64,000 nt of DNA from a virus (lineage: Duplodnaviria > Caudoviricetes), in IMG/VR virus record IMGVR_UViG_3300036453_000006, positions 1,022-65,021 of that record. The stretch is one strand, 5' to 3'. Made by a program: the position numbers and the translations under genes. Below the pieces are notes generated by a model. It was given only the letters and a program-made list of their open reading frames with translations. It was not told the origin of the DNA and made no database searches. Below are positions 30,249-40,492 of this stretch, in pieces (position 1 is the stretch's first letter; each line of letters starts with the position of its first letter).

Positions 30249-30791
30249 CTAGCCTGTAGTATTGTTAGACGCCATACGTTCGGCATTCAGTCTGCGCTGT
30301 TGCGCAAGTTGTTCACCCTTGCCCATCTTCTTGGCAGGGGAATTCTTTTGATTCGTGACCTTGATAAGTGTGAATAGGCGATTAAGATTCCATACTTCAC
30401 ACTCAAAGGGGATATTTAGGGCAGTCATCCAGTAATAGATGATTTCTGACGTAATAATTTCGCGACTCTTAGACGATCCCGGAACTTCCGTAAACCAAGT
30501 CGCAGACATTTTAGCGCCAATATATGTGTTAATCTGGGTAATTACCTCCGGGGGCATTCTCCAGAAAACTTCAGGGGAGACGTTCGGTGTCAAAGTCATA
30601 GCTCTGAGGTAGCCTGACGTCTCCGCTGGTGTTTTGTCTTCTTTGCTGAGAAACGGCTTTTCAAATTCCGCCTCCCATTTTGATAGGGAGACCAGAGAGT
30701 GCTCCATGTCGATCTTTACTTCAGGTCTCGTTAGGAATTCACTCGATGTCTCATTAAAGAATTCGCTCGATGGGATGATAATCTTAAGCAT
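30249..30791 (-). CDS. tail assembly chaperone-like protein
   Basis: Start reset to MLKIIIP (30791); HSLVSLSKWE..F.KPFL, TSE.IYYWM...IPFE...W.LNRL. Confidence 0.7.
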   Translation of the reverse strand: MLKIIIPSSEFFNETSSEFLTRPEVKIDMEHSLVSLSKWEAEFEKPFLSKEDKTPAETSGYLRAMTLTPNVSPEVFWRMPPEVITQINTYIGAKMSATWFTEVPGSSKSREIITSEIIYYWMTALNIPFECEVWNLNRLFTLIKVTNQKNSPAKKMGKGEQLAQQRRLNAERMASNNTTG

Positions 30792-30819
30792 TCTCTGGTC
30801 TCCTTTCTCAATTGTTGGA

Positions 30820-31707
30820 TTAGACCGTTCGGGTGAAGACCCAGTCGTCGTCCGAGTTCGCAGTGAACATGTATCCAGCAGCCGGAGTTGCCGTAATGAC
30901 CAAGGACGAACCGATTGCCCCAGGAATCTGCACAGTAGCAGAGCTGTTGACAATGGCAAGGGTGTCTGCACGACGGTAGACCACACCGGTAACTGCCGGG
31001 ATGGTGATAACACCAGCTGCGGTAGCCGTCGGGGCGACAGTCGTTACGGCGGTGAGGGTCGTTGCAAACATCGCAATGACTTCATCGGGCAACGGAAGAC
31101 GCGGTGACGCGGCGGCCGTACCATAGAGGGCATTCGTGAGAGCCGTAAGGCCCGACGCGGATACCTTGGTCGAGTCAATCGTCAGGATAGCAGTAGGCTT
31201 GAAGCCAGCTACCGGTACGGGAATGGTCGTAACCTCCCACGAGAACGTGATTGCCTCGGGGCTGTCGTTAACCGTCGCGTAAGCCTTTTCCGTCGGAGCA
31301 GCAGTTGCACCGTAGACCAGGTGGATCTTGTATCCGAAGTCCGTAGCAACCAAGTCGTTGCCGAGAAGTGTCTGGTACGAGAATCCGAAGGACTTGCGAG
31401 CCTGCTGACCAATGACCACGCCAGCCGACGGCGAAACTGAACCATCGAACTGCGCGAATTCGGGAGGATACGTGTAGGCCTCGATCGTAGCACCGAAGTC
31501 CTCAGCAGAGATGAGGTTCAGGTACTTGATGTTGTCTGCGTACTGTGCAGTTGCCTCGGCGCCGGAAGGAGCTTCGGTAACAGCCGTGAGACCGTTCCAA
31601 GCTACACCAGTGTCGTAGACGCCCAACGTTGGGATGTAGAGGACACCCTTGCTAACGCCAGTTTCATAGTGGCGCTGCCCGGAGCCATCCCATGTGAGTA
31701 CAGTCAT
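30820..31707 (-). CDS. major tail protein
   Basis: LTWDGSGQRHYETGVSKGVLY...YADNIKYLNL.SAE.F; high-GC3 codons typical of a highly expressed gene. Confidence 0.88.
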   Translation of the reverse strand: MTVLTWDGSGQRHYETGVSKGVLYIPTLGVYDTGVAWNGLTAVTEAPSGAEATAQYADNIKYLNLISAEDFGATIEAYTYPPEFAQFDGSVSPSAGVVIGQQARKSFGFSYQTLLGNDLVATDFGYKIHLVYGATAAPTEKAYATVNDSPEAITFSWEVTTIPVPVAGFKPTAILTIDSTKVSASGLTALTNALYGTAAASPRLPLPDEVIAMFATTLTAVTTVAPTATAAGVITIPAVTGVVYRRADTLAIVNSSATVQIPGAIGSSLVITATPAAGYMFTANSDDDWVFTRTV

Positions 31708-31719
31708 GGTAATGCCTTT

Positions 31720-32025
31720 CTAAAAATAAAGATTGATGATGTCGTGATTAAGTTGAGCAACCGTAAAATGCCTCACGAACTTAGACATTGGAAGGCCTGT
31801 AAGTTTATCGGGAACCCCTGAATCGGGATTCTGATCGATACACGTAACCATGTAGCGTTTACGCCGGTTATAGGGACTGTTATCTGCGCTTAGAGATTCT
31901 TCGTAGTCTCGATTGTACACAATTGCCGGATACGACATTCTAAAGTCTTCGGGCGGTTGGAAATATACATTTCGACTACCAAGAATTTCTTCAAGCAGGG
32001 ACTGGAGCTGCAGGCGTTGGCCCAT
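31720..32025 (-). CDS. tail terminator / completion protein
   Basis: NVYFQPPE...M.YPAIVY; position before the major tail protein. Confidence 0.7.
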   Translation of the reverse strand: MGQRLQLQSLLEEILGSRNVYFQPPEDFRMSYPAIVYNRDYEESLSADNSPYNRRKRYMVTCIDQNPDSGVPDKLTGLPMSKFVRHFTVAQLNHDIINLYF

Positions 32026-32335
32026 TATACACACCCCCGAGTCTTAAGATAAGGCGGGGGCTCTTGACGTCAACTTTAGTGACAATCCATAGAGCCCCCG
32101 CCCACTTAACATATCGGATGTTATGAAAATGGTTATTAGCGTAAGCGTCGGCCATGACGTTGATGGAGTTACCCACCGAAATATCACTATTGACCTTCAT
32201 CTCAGCTGCATTTATCCGTACGCTATTGCTTTCAACTTCACCGTAGAGTTTTCGCTCAACGAGAATATTGACCCAGACACCAGGCACAGTCTCTGATGGT
32301 ACGGCATAACCTACCATGTCACAGAACTTTGCCAT
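31991..32335 (-). CDS. head-tail stopper/adaptor
   Basis: MAKF...VGY...E..PGVW; IRYV.W.G..W.V..V....PRL; directly after the capsid gene. Confidence 0.7.
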   Translation of the reverse strand: MAKFCDMVGYAVPSETVPGVWVNILVERKLYGEVESNSVRINAAEMKVNSDISVGNSINVMADAYANNHFHNIRYVKWAGALWIVTKVDVKSPRLILRLGGVYNGPTPAAPVPA

Positions 32336-32348
32336 AATGCATCCTTAC

Positions 32349-34340
32349 TTAGACGCGGGTGAAGCTCCAGTCAGTGTCAAGACCGTGCACGAAGGAGTAA
32401 CCCGCGGTTGCAACGGCTTCAACAATGATGGATGCGCCGCTGACAATGGCCGGCTGTGCGCCAGCTGCCAGAACCACGTTGGTCAGACCGTTGAGGTACG
32501 ATACGCCAGTCTGAGTCGGGATGGTCAGGACACCGGTGCTGTTAACGAACGTCGGTGCATTAACCGTGGTCAGGACGATACCCGGGTTGCTGCGGATCGT
32601 GATGGAGGACTTCGGCTTGGTCAGGGCACCCGAGATGCGAGTCTCGATCAGGTACTTGTTCTGGTTGTAGTCGATGTCGAAGTCGTCGAAGAAGTTGATT
32701 TCTCCGCCCTTGTCGGCACCCACGGTGTAGTCAATGAGGTTGACGATGACGGCAACGACGTCTGCTGCACGAGACATGGCCTCGACAACGACGATCTCGC
32801 TGACACCAAGGGCCGCGGCGAGTTCAGACTTCGTGGCGTAGTAACGACGACCGAGGGTGTCCTTGTCCAGGAGCAGGTCGGTGAGCTTCGACTGAGTCGT
32901 GTACATTGCCGGTGCGCCCGAGCCCTTGTAGTTGTCAAGGGAGCGGATGATTGCTTCGGTGGTCTCAGCCGGCGTGGGGGTGCCGTCGAGGTAGACCGTG
33001 GTGTTGTACATGTCAACGTCGTACGCGATCGGACGGAGGTGGTCCTCATCGATCTTGTCTTCGTCGTCAGACTCGCGACCGTCACCCACGAGGATTGCCG
33101 CAGCAACTTCCTCATCGAGCATGATACGCATTTCCATTTTGAGCCAGGTCACCACGTCGATGTCGGTGATGTCGATGATGTCATCCCGGTCCAGCTTCTG
33201 CTTCTTGTAGATGGTCTTGGGCTGAGTCACGCGCTTGAGCAGCTTGATGACTTCATCCTTCTTCAGGCTACCCTTGACGTAACCCTTTGCACGCGCCTCG
33301 TCAGCGGTGATGTCGGCCACGATGGACTTGACTCGCGAGATGGGGCTCTTACGAACACCCCCGAGAACCTTGGTGACCCATTCCATACGACGGCTGATAA
33401 ACTCCGGGGTGTTGGAGAGGGTCTTTGCGTCGGGGAAGAGGAATTCGATGTCGTCGATACCATACTCGCCGGCGTGGGCGATGAACGAGTCGGACAGCTT
33501 GCCGTACTTGTTACCGTCGTTGACGATGGTGGTCATCTGAGAGTGAGAAAGCGAGGGACGCTTGTCCTTGACAGTCTCGTTCTCTTCGAAAGCGTTGCGG
33601 GTCATGTTCTGGAAACCTTCCTTGATGGATTTATCGACGTGCTGAATGACATCGTCGGTGATTGTGGTTGTGATGGTTGCAGAATCCAACGCACTTTGCT
33701 GGAGTTCTTCGCCCTCGGTTGCTTCTGGGACAGTCTCGAGAGCTTCAGCAATGATTGCCGAAACGACGGTTGACTGCTCTTCGGTCAAGGTATCCCAGAC
33801 TTCCTTAACCGTTTTGGGGGTATCTTCGGCGTGGATAACGGTATTCGTTGTCACGTCGTCTCCTTCTTTAGTGTCGGCGTGCTCAAAGCTGAGCCCGGTG
33901 TAGATAATAGCTTCATCTTCGATATCGGTGCCGTCGCTGTGTGCGAGGTTAACGCTATCGATGAACGCTCCAGGATTGGCACCAGCTAGGACGAGACTGA
34001 CTTCCTTGATGTCGCCGTGGAAGACCTGTTTACCCTTCTGCTGAAGATTATTGGCATAGATAGAGAGCGCGGTAATGTCTCCGTGTCGAACGGATTCCTT
34101 AGCGATCTTGGCAACATCGGTATCGTTAAAAAATCCATAGGTGTACACACCGTCGGGACGATTTTCGAGAAGCGCATGTCCGAGAATATTCACCGGTTCG
34201 TTGTGCAGATGCTGCCAAACGAGGGGAACCCTCATGGTATCGTTATGCTTGAATGCATCAGTCATGATCGTTCGACCATCTGAACACATGAGTCCATTCT
34301 TTGTGGCGTAGCCACTAAAGTCGGGAATTTTGTCTCCCAT
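32349..34340 (-). CDS. prohead protease - major capsid protein fusion
   Basis: N-terminal HK97-type protease (DFSGYAT, VPLVWQH.H, EVSLVLAGANPGAFI), acidic linker, HK97-fold capsid domain. Confidence 0.9.
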   Translation of the reverse strand: MGDKIPDFSGYATKNGLMCSDGRTIMTDAFKHNDTMRVPLVWQHLHNEPVNILGHALLENRPDGVYTYGFFNDTDVAKIAKESVRHGDITALSIYANNLQQKGKQVFHGDIKEVSLVLAGANPGAFIDSVNLAHSDGTDIEDEAIIYTGLSFEHADTKEGDDVTTNTVIHAEDTPKTVKEVWDTLTEEQSTVVSAIIAEALETVPEATEGEELQQSALDSATITTTITDDVIQHVDKSIKEGFQNMTRNAFEENETVKDKRPSLSHSQMTTIVNDGNKYGKLSDSFIAHAGEYGIDDIEFLFPDAKTLSNTPEFISRRMEWVTKVLGGVRKSPISRVKSIVADITADEARAKGYVKGSLKKDEVIKLLKRVTQPKTIYKKQKLDRDDIIDITDIDVVTWLKMEMRIMLDEEVAAAILVGDGRESDDEDKIDEDHLRPIAYDVDMYNTTVYLDGTPTPAETTEAIIRSLDNYKGSGAPAMYTTQSKLTDLLLDKDTLGRRYYATKSELAAALGVSEIVVVEAMSRAADVVAVIVNLIDYTVGADKGGEINFFDDFDIDYNQNKYLIETRISGALTKPKSSITIRSNPGIVLTTVNAPTFVNSTGVLTIPTQTGVSYLNGLTNVVLAAGAQPAIVSGASIIVEAVATAGYSFVHGLDTDWSFTRV

Positions 34341-34392
34341 TTTGAAGATCTCCTTTCTTAAATCGGATAGTAATTAAGTTGAGAATCTAAAG

Positions 34393-34686
34393 TCAGATCT
34401 TCCGAGCTGGCTGTTTAAAGGCTTCAGTCATAAATCTAGCAAACCGGTCCAGTCGAATGGCTCGTTTTGGATCAGTCTGAGATTGGGTATCGACCTTAGA
34501 TTCAGGTTTGGGGGTATTGTTTGAGCTGCCGGTACTTCTTGAATTAGTCGAACGACGGGTCTTAGGATCTTCGACTCCGACTTTACGATCACCCAGGTGG
34601 TCAACCGGGGGTGGGATTGACCCGTTTCTTCGACGCATACCCTTAACCCCATAATGGGCCAAAAACTTATCAGTAGCGGTACTCAC
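34393..34686 (-). CDS. HYG-leader protein (FLAHYGVKGM)
   Basis: 97 aa, GTG start, between portal and capsid. Confidence 0.65.
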   Translation of the reverse strand: MSTATDKFLAHYGVKGMRRRNGSIPPPVDHLGDRKVGVEDPKTRRSTNSRSTGSSNNTPKPESKVDTQSQTDPKRAIRLDRFARFMTEAFKQPARKI

Positions 34687-35991
34687 TTAACGCCCCAACA
34701 CCTGTTTAAGTTCATCAGGGGTTAACGGTGAGTCAGTACCTTTTGATCCAACTATAGGCTCTAGTTCAGGCGTTGGGGCTGAGTCAGGCGGCGGTACTGG
34801 TTCTGGAATGTTCTTGTTTCGAAGTTCGTCAGCTGCCGGATCTACCGATGGCTTAAACCCAACAAGACCTCGAACTTCGTTGGATGAGAAGATCGCATTA
34901 CGAGTAAACTTATCGGCAATTTCTGCCAGATCCTTTACAGACACCAGTTTAAACGGATCGCGATAATACTCAACCGACTGCCGCTGAGTTCTAGCGGTTT
35001 TGGTTAGAAATGATCGCCTTAACGCTTCGGCAACCGCCCCTAGAATCGGCTCAACTGTACGGTTGTGATAGTTAAGCATAGTTGCCTCGTCGGCAGTCCC
35101 ATTAAAGACCGTCTCAGTAAGGCCCAGCTGTCCATAAAGCATGGTCGTCAAATACTGGATTTGCGCAAGCATGTTGTTCTCTGCTGGACGGTTTAGCTGC
35201 GTGACCTTTTCGGTAGAATCCAAATAAGCAATACCGTGTGATGCACCTCTAAGCTGCTGCAAGATGTCGTTCTGGCGTTGTTCTGCCTGCTGCTTACGAG
35301 CTTCCGATTTGAGCGCATATGGTAACTGAATAAGGATGTCGAGTTTTCCGGAACTTGAGGCCTCATCGACAGCATCGAGAAGATTAAGTTTTCGGACTAG
35401 ACGTTGGAGCGTCGAGTTTGGCTCGTTCATAATTGAATATAGCGGGTTTTCGATGATCGCAACCATATCCTTGGGAAGCGTAAGTTCACGTTTTCTACCC
35501 TGTCCGGGTCGATCATCGTAGACACGAACCTTAACGTGTCGTGGATGCCAGGATATAATCTCACCAATACGCATGGTGTTGATGTCGTATCCACCAGTCT
35601 GAATTGGGTTCAGTGTGGTATCAATCGGCACTACAGCAATAACTCCGTGTTCAAACATGGACATCACTAGATCTTGTCGAAAATGACGTGCCGCCTGGTC
35701 AATATTGGCTTCGATAGTCAAACAGTTATTTAGCCCGCTGTTAATACCCTCAACAAACCGATCGTTGTCGTCAAGTCGAACGTGTTTAATATCAATTGTT
35801 GCAACGTCCATTGCAATATGCGTAAGAATCGCAGAAACGATTGAGCGTTCGTTAGACGATGAACTACGTCGTCGATCGGGGCGTGAACTATAGTTATTAC
35901 CATAGTCAACTGTACGATTAACGTACTCAATATCCTGGTTGTCGTTAAATGCGTTCCAACCATGTTTAAGTTTGTTCATAAGTGATGCCAT
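34687..35991 (-). CDS. portal protein
   Basis: 434 aa directly after TerL; ...TPNEVR-like FSSNEVR.L.G C-terminal motif. Confidence 0.88.
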   Translation of the reverse strand: MASLMNKLKHGWNAFNDNQDIEYVNRTVDYGNNYSSRPDRRRSSSSNERSIVSAILTHIAMDVATIDIKHVRLDDNDRFVEGINSGLNNCLTIEANIDQAARHFRQDLVMSMFEHGVIAVVPIDTTLNPIQTGGYDINTMRIGEIISWHPRHVKVRVYDDRPGQGRKRELTLPKDMVAIIENPLYSIMNEPNSTLQRLVRKLNLLDAVDEASSSGKLDILIQLPYALKSEARKQQAEQRQNDILQQLRGASHGIAYLDSTEKVTQLNRPAENNMLAQIQYLTTMLYGQLGLTETVFNGTADEATMLNYHNRTVEPILGAVAEALRRSFLTKTARTQRQSVEYYRDPFKLVSVKDLAEIADKFTRNAIFSSNEVRGLVGFKPSVDPAADELRNKNIPEPVPPPDSAPTPELEPIVGSKGTDSPLTPDELKQVLGR

Positions 35992-36017
35992 AAGCCACCT
36001 CCCTTCCGTAATGTTGA

Positions 36018-37769
36018 TTAGTCAAATGAATCCTTATTTGCTTTGTATGCAACGTACGCGTCCATCATTGCTGCAACATTATCGATCTTTGCGTCTTGAC
36101 GTTTTTTCATGAGTTTGCGGTTACCATTAGTATCTTCCATGGTTACAGCATTACCCATAGCAAACGACATTAGATCCTGATCAAAAATCAGCATGCGTAC
36201 TTCACTCAGTTTTTTAAGTTCGCCAAGTGGAACGGACTCAGTGCGAGCACCCTGAATAACCTTTTCGATTCCGTATGGACCGTTCTCTAGCTCGTAACGA
36301 GTTACAAACTCTTTAGCGTTATACGGGTCGAAACCAAATGCTCGAACATCATACTCATTAGTCTCTATGTATCGGTCGACATCTTCATAAACCTCCATCA
36401 TGTCAAGAACAGTTCCCTCAAGAACTTGAAGGCTTCCCTCATCTATGAATTCTTGATACTTCATTCGCATAGCGCCAGGCAGTTTCATCAATGTATTATT
36501 AGTGATGTAGCTAAGCGTCTTCACGCCAAACGAACCACTCGAAAGTGGGAACAAGAATGTGAAAGCACAGAAGTCGTCACCCTGAGAAAGGTCGGCGCCC
36601 ATAGCACAAGGCATCCGCCAGAACTTAACCGGACGGTGTACTTCGGTTTCCTCGTAAGTAAAGAAGTATGTATAGCCCTCCATGGGCAGGCCGAATCGCT
36701 TTGCCAGAATATCATTACGAGAAGCTGGCGCCTTTTCAGCTCGCTCAACATCTAGAGCGTAGGTCTCATACGTAACAGTCTTACCTAGATTAGGTTGAGC
36801 CTTTGGCCACATCTCAGGCTGGTTTACTTCCTCAACATTGTCGAGTTTGTAGTGCCAGATAGAAACGTGTGGCGCAATATAGTCACCTCGAAGGATGTCC
36901 ATCAGTTCCATTTTGATAGTGTCGCCACTACCATTTCGAACAGTTCCTTCTGAGCTAATTGCTATGATCAAATAGTCGTCTAGCTTAGAAGCTCCCTGCT
37001 CAATGGCGCCAACAACGTCTTCTCTAATGTCTCCAGAGAGCCACTCATCAATTGTTGAGATCTTTGGCCGCAGACCCTGAAGCTTATCGATTCGCATCGG
37101 TCGAACTTCAAGTAGCGATCCAGTAAGGAAGTTCTCAATGCCCTTTTTGGTCGATGCAAGTTTAAGTCGATTGGCTTTTGATCCAGTAGTGTTCTGTAGT
37201 GATCCCTCCGTGAGGAACTGGAACAGAGGACCACGGGATCTGGTGATGGCTGTCCTGAATGGAGACATAACCTCGTCGGCCTGCTTCATTGTCGGTGCCG
37301 TCGTGATCTGATGCGTGGTCGATGTGTCAACATTTAGGAAGTATGCTTGAATTGCTTCGGCATACATAGACTTAGCCGCACCTCGAGCAACAATCAAGTA
37401 TTGTTTCTTGATTAGTCGCTTTTTAACCATCTTTCGGACAAATCGTCCACCATGATTGTCTGGACCTGGCTCGTATACACTTCGTTCTTCGAAATGATAC
37501 CAACCAAAGATTGCCTCGGACCAAAGTTTAAACGTGTCGAGTAGATGTAGATCTGTTCCGTCAGTAAGTGTTAGTTCATTTTCGCAGAACGCAATGAATC
37601 CATTTACTGCAAGGTCGTCATAGTAGAAATTCGGGTTAGCGATGAGTTCATCGATCCGATTCATCTCCAGTGAGACTTCCAAGTTTACAGGAATGTTTCC
37701 CCGACGAACTTGCTCACGGAATTCACCGTAATAGATCGGTGTTGCTGTATTAGATAGACTCACCGCCAA
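36018..37769 (-). CDS. terL: terminase large subunit
   Basis: Walker A ARGAAKS, Walker B STIDEW, nuclease GADLS..DDF, FDPYNA, KIDNVAA.MDA. Confidence 0.93.
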   Translation of the reverse strand: MAVSLSNTATPIYYGEFREQVRRGNIPVNLEVSLEMNRIDELIANPNFYYDDLAVNGFIAFCENELTLTDGTDLHLLDTFKLWSEAIFGWYHFEERSVYEPGPDNHGGRFVRKMVKKRLIKKQYLIVARGAAKSMYAEAIQAYFLNVDTSTTHQITTAPTMKQADEVMSPFRTAITRSRGPLFQFLTEGSLQNTTGSKANRLKLASTKKGIENFLTGSLLEVRPMRIDKLQGLRPKISTIDEWLSGDIREDVVGAIEQGASKLDDYLIIAISSEGTVRNGSGDTIKMELMDILRGDYIAPHVSIWHYKLDNVEEVNQPEMWPKAQPNLGKTVTYETYALDVERAEKAPASRNDILAKRFGLPMEGYTYFFTYEETEVHRPVKFWRMPCAMGADLSQGDDFCAFTFLFPLSSGSFGVKTLSYITNNTLMKLPGAMRMKYQEFIDEGSLQVLEGTVLDMMEVYEDVDRYIETNEYDVRAFGFDPYNAKEFVTRYELENGPYGIEKVIQGARTESVPLGELKKLSEVRMLIFDQDLMSFAMGNAVTMEDTNGNRKLMKKRQDAKIDNVAAMMDAYVAYKANKDSFD

Positions 37770-37779
37770 CTCCTAAATC

Positions 37780-38145
37780 CTACTTGATGTTTTTAATAAC
37801 TGCCGCGGCGATGGCCTTGTCTAGACCTTTGATCGCGTATTCGCTAGCATACTTACTAGCAACTTTCTTACCCGAGTCCGCTAGAACGCTACTAACAAAC
37901 TTCTGACCAGCTTTAGGTGCAGGCTTAGTCAATGCACTATAGTCGTTTTCGAGCCGCATTCTAGAAATTCGCGTTTGAAGCTGCGCGTTACTAAGATGCA
38001 CGGTATTGGATCGAGTACTTCGAACTTCACCTTGGCCGTCAGGTTCGGTAGTGACAAAGCTACGTCCGCCTCGGCTTTTGCGTTTGCCCCACTTCATTCC
38101 GGGGATGCCAAAGTGTTTAAAGAAGTCTTCTGTTTGGTCGGACAT
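37780..38145 (-). CDS. HYG-leader protein (FFKHFGIPGMKWGKRK)
   Basis: 121 aa from ATG 38145; LSNAQLQ.RISR.RLE.DY motif. Confidence 0.75.
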   Translation of the reverse strand: MSDQTEDFFKHFGIPGMKWGKRKSRGGRSFVTTEPDGQGEVRSTRSNTVHLSNAQLQTRISRMRLENDYSALTKPAPKAGQKFVSSVLADSGKKVASKYASEYAIKGLDKAIAAAVIKNIK

Positions 38146-38179
38146 GTGTACTCCTCTCATGTTGTATTAATATGTAATA

Positions 38180-38533
38180 TTAGACCGGTCGTAATATGTT
38201 TTCCATAACTACATTTAGTCTAAACTCAAGCTCTTTTGCCATATTTTCCATTGATGTTATAGCAAAAGATGTTGCCGGCGGATCAAATGCCAACCGGACT
38301 TTAAAGTAGATATACGACTTAACCGAATTAATGTTAAGTTGACCTTCGATAAACTCAGTCCAGGTAGACGTGGCATCTACAATGTAGAGACTGTTTGTCG
38401 GCCCAACTGCTAGCTGATGAAGTGTCGCAAACGCCGAGTTAATATGCATGACAATGTCAACATCGAATTCAGTATAATCCGCTGCTAAACCAAGCAATTT
38501 TTTTGTAGATGTTAGAATACTCTCAGTGGCCAT
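38180..38533 (-). CDS. head-tail connector-like protein
   Basis: SILTSTKKLLG...FD.DI.MHINS.F..L.QL.VGP...VRL.FDPP. Confidence 0.65.
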   Translation of the reverse strand: MATESILTSTKKLLGLAADYTEFDVDIVMHINSAFATLHQLAVGPTNSLYIVDATSTWTEFIEGQLNINSVKSYIYFKVRLAFDPPATSFAITSMENMAKELEFRLNVVMENILRPV

Positions 38534-38558
38534 GTCAGCCTCCTTTCATGGTTAGGTA

Positions 38559-38972
38559 TCAACCCCAGAGCTTAGTGTCTCCAGCTCTACGAGCGACAAA
38601 CGGTTGTCGGATCATATTTCGATCACCATAGTGAATGGCTTGATGTGTGCGATGTGTAACCGCCACAAGAAATTCTGGGTCGAGAATCACAGCATTAGCA
38701 TCGACAATGTCGCTCAACTTCATAGGGTTCATATGATGAATCAAGATCTTATCATGGATCTCGTATCCATCAATGCCTAAGTCGCAACCTTCATCTCGAG
38801 CGATAACGCGATCTCGCATTTGCTTCCATTGAACTGATCGATAGAACTCTTGGTTCACATAACGGTCATATCCAAAGGTTGACTCTCCAACTCGACCTCG
38901 AAGTGATAGATAATCAAATCGCTCTTCGAACGTGTGTAGTCTACGCATTTCGGTATACGATCTAATCGTCAT
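38559..38972 (-). CDS. HNH endonuclease (packaging-associated)
   Basis: VIARD.GCDL...IHHMNP...H.A.HYG; start reset to 38972. Confidence 0.75.
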   Translation of the reverse strand: MTIRSYTEMRRLHTFEERFDYLSLRGRVGESTFGYDRYVNQEFYRSVQWKQMRDRVIARDEGCDLGIDGYEIHDKILIHHMNPMKLSDIVDANAVILDPEFLVAVTHRTHQAIHYGDRNMIRQPFVARRAGDTKLWG

Positions 38973-39303
38973 AGTCAGCCTCAACTTCTTGTCCGGAGTA
39001 CATTCGCATAGCGTTAATGGCATTACCATAAAGCTCTTGAATATCCTTACCCGCAGCAAGGTTCTCGATTCGAGCTTTGAGCAGTTCGTTTTCCTGTTCG
39101 ATCTTCTCACGTTCGAGCTTTTCACGACCACTTCCGATTTTTAGAAAGTGAGTAATGACTTGGGCTGAAGCGTTACCTTCTCGAATTTGCCGTTCTGCGA
39201 GATCCATAGCGTCAGCAACTAATTGTCGCTCTCGGGCTTCGGGGGTTGTCGCTGGAGGGCGCTTACTTAAGCTAGACTCTTGTGTCTGGCGGCGTACTGC
39301 CAT
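38962..39303 (-). CDS. probable terminase small subunit
   Basis: 113 aa, PPA.TPEARE.QL...A.DLAE.Q...G.AS.QVI.HFLK; upstream of HNH and TerL. Confidence 0.55.
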   Translation of the reverse strand: MAVRRQTQESSLSKRPPATTPEARERQLVADAMDLAERQIREGNASAQVITHFLKIGSGREKLEREKIEQENELLKARIENLAAGKDIQELYGNAINAMRMYSGQEVEADYDD

Positions 39304-39354
39304 AGATCATCACCTCCGAGGATATGAACTAGTATTGGTTGGGACTTACTGAAG

Positions 39355-39535
39355 GAACACTGGATCTCCGAGTGCAACCCGACAGGATTACACCTCTTGA
39401 AAGGAGAATAGGCTGATGACACCTGTTTTTTTTTTTGGAAATCCAGTATTCCATCAGCAAAGTCCCAGCTTTGTGAAAAAGGAAAGGCGTGCGGGGTAGT
39501 CGGGATCCATATCGAGACTACCCCGCACGTAGCGG
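39355..39535. other. structured intergenic region (14-bp perfect stem, multi-stem domain, T11 tract)
   Basis: cgtgcggggtagtc/gactaccccgcacg at about 39488-39529; actggat/atccagt closure; T11 at 39426-39436. Confidence 0.5.
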
Positions 39536-39588
39536 TACTTACTTAGTGAAAGCCCTACCTCCACGGGGTGAAGTTAACCCACGTAATG

Positions 39589-40492
39589 TTAAATATCGTT
39601 ATGTTCCTGTCGCGTCTTTACAAATTCGTAGTCACTAGCTGTACGTAATTTGTGTGGATGCCACTTTCGAACAATGAGTAGAATGGCAAGGCTTGTAATC
39701 GTAAACGCTACATACGCGTATCCAACTAGTCTTACCGTAGGTCGCCAAAAGGCTGTATCTTGAGGATACATAGACCACGTGTTGTTGGCTATAGGATCAA
39801 CGAATAGGCTAATGAAAACCAGTCCAATTACCGCGATAAGAGAAATAAAGAACCGAAAGATGTAACGACCAGCAGTTGTTACTTTTGGATTAAACAGTAC
39901 ATAATACCCGGTAACAAATACTACCAACATGACAGCGATATATGCGATTAATAGGTTGGTGCTAACCCATGCAACCGTGTTCCAATTAAACATTATTTTA
40001 GTAATCCAGTCTTCATTCATTATGATTCCCTAGGACGAAGTGTGTATTCGAAATCCGTTCCAAAACCATTTTGTTCTTTTCTACGTGCAAGCCACGCAGA
40101 GGTTGTAGTAACTAATATTCTTTGAGATTTTAGTTGTTCAGCTGCATCGTCCGCCGATTTATGGGCATCTTTGATTTCAACCTGATTCTTCTTTCTAAAA
40201 AAGTTCATTATAGCCCTCCACTCTTCGGTGTCGTAGCCTCAAAGAAGTGTTTCGTAATATCTGCCGTGACGAGCAGAGTACGGTTCTGAGCCATAGCTTC
40301 ATCTAGAGTTTTGGCCTGAGCTTTATACATCCAGCCCGGAACCCACCAACCCTTAAATGAACCAATAACTACAGTGAGAACTAGACCTATAAACAGCGAC
40401 CAACCACCAACGGCAGCCCAGTCGCGAGCAATCAATGCTGTAATAGGATCCTCGGATGCTACCATGGCTTTGATTAATATTGACGTAAACAT
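39589..40492 (-). CDS. three coupled lysis-associated membrane/basic proteins (40208..40492, 40020..40208, 39589..40020)
   Basis: Directly follow the endolysin with overlapping stop/start codons; TM segments (four in 39589..40020). Confidence 0.65.

Noticed and set aside
30240-30800. Programmed frameshift in the tail assembly chaperone
   Set aside because: No convincing slippery heptamer with a downstream overlapping frame was found, and the gene is not adjacent to the tape measure.
32316-33773. 485-aa plus-strand ORF, and other long plus-strand ORFs such as 20685..21506, 18704..19393 and 58656..59210
   Set aside because: Antisense shadows of high-GC3 genes (capsid, tape measure, Dit/Tal, SSB); no RBS or recognisable motifs.
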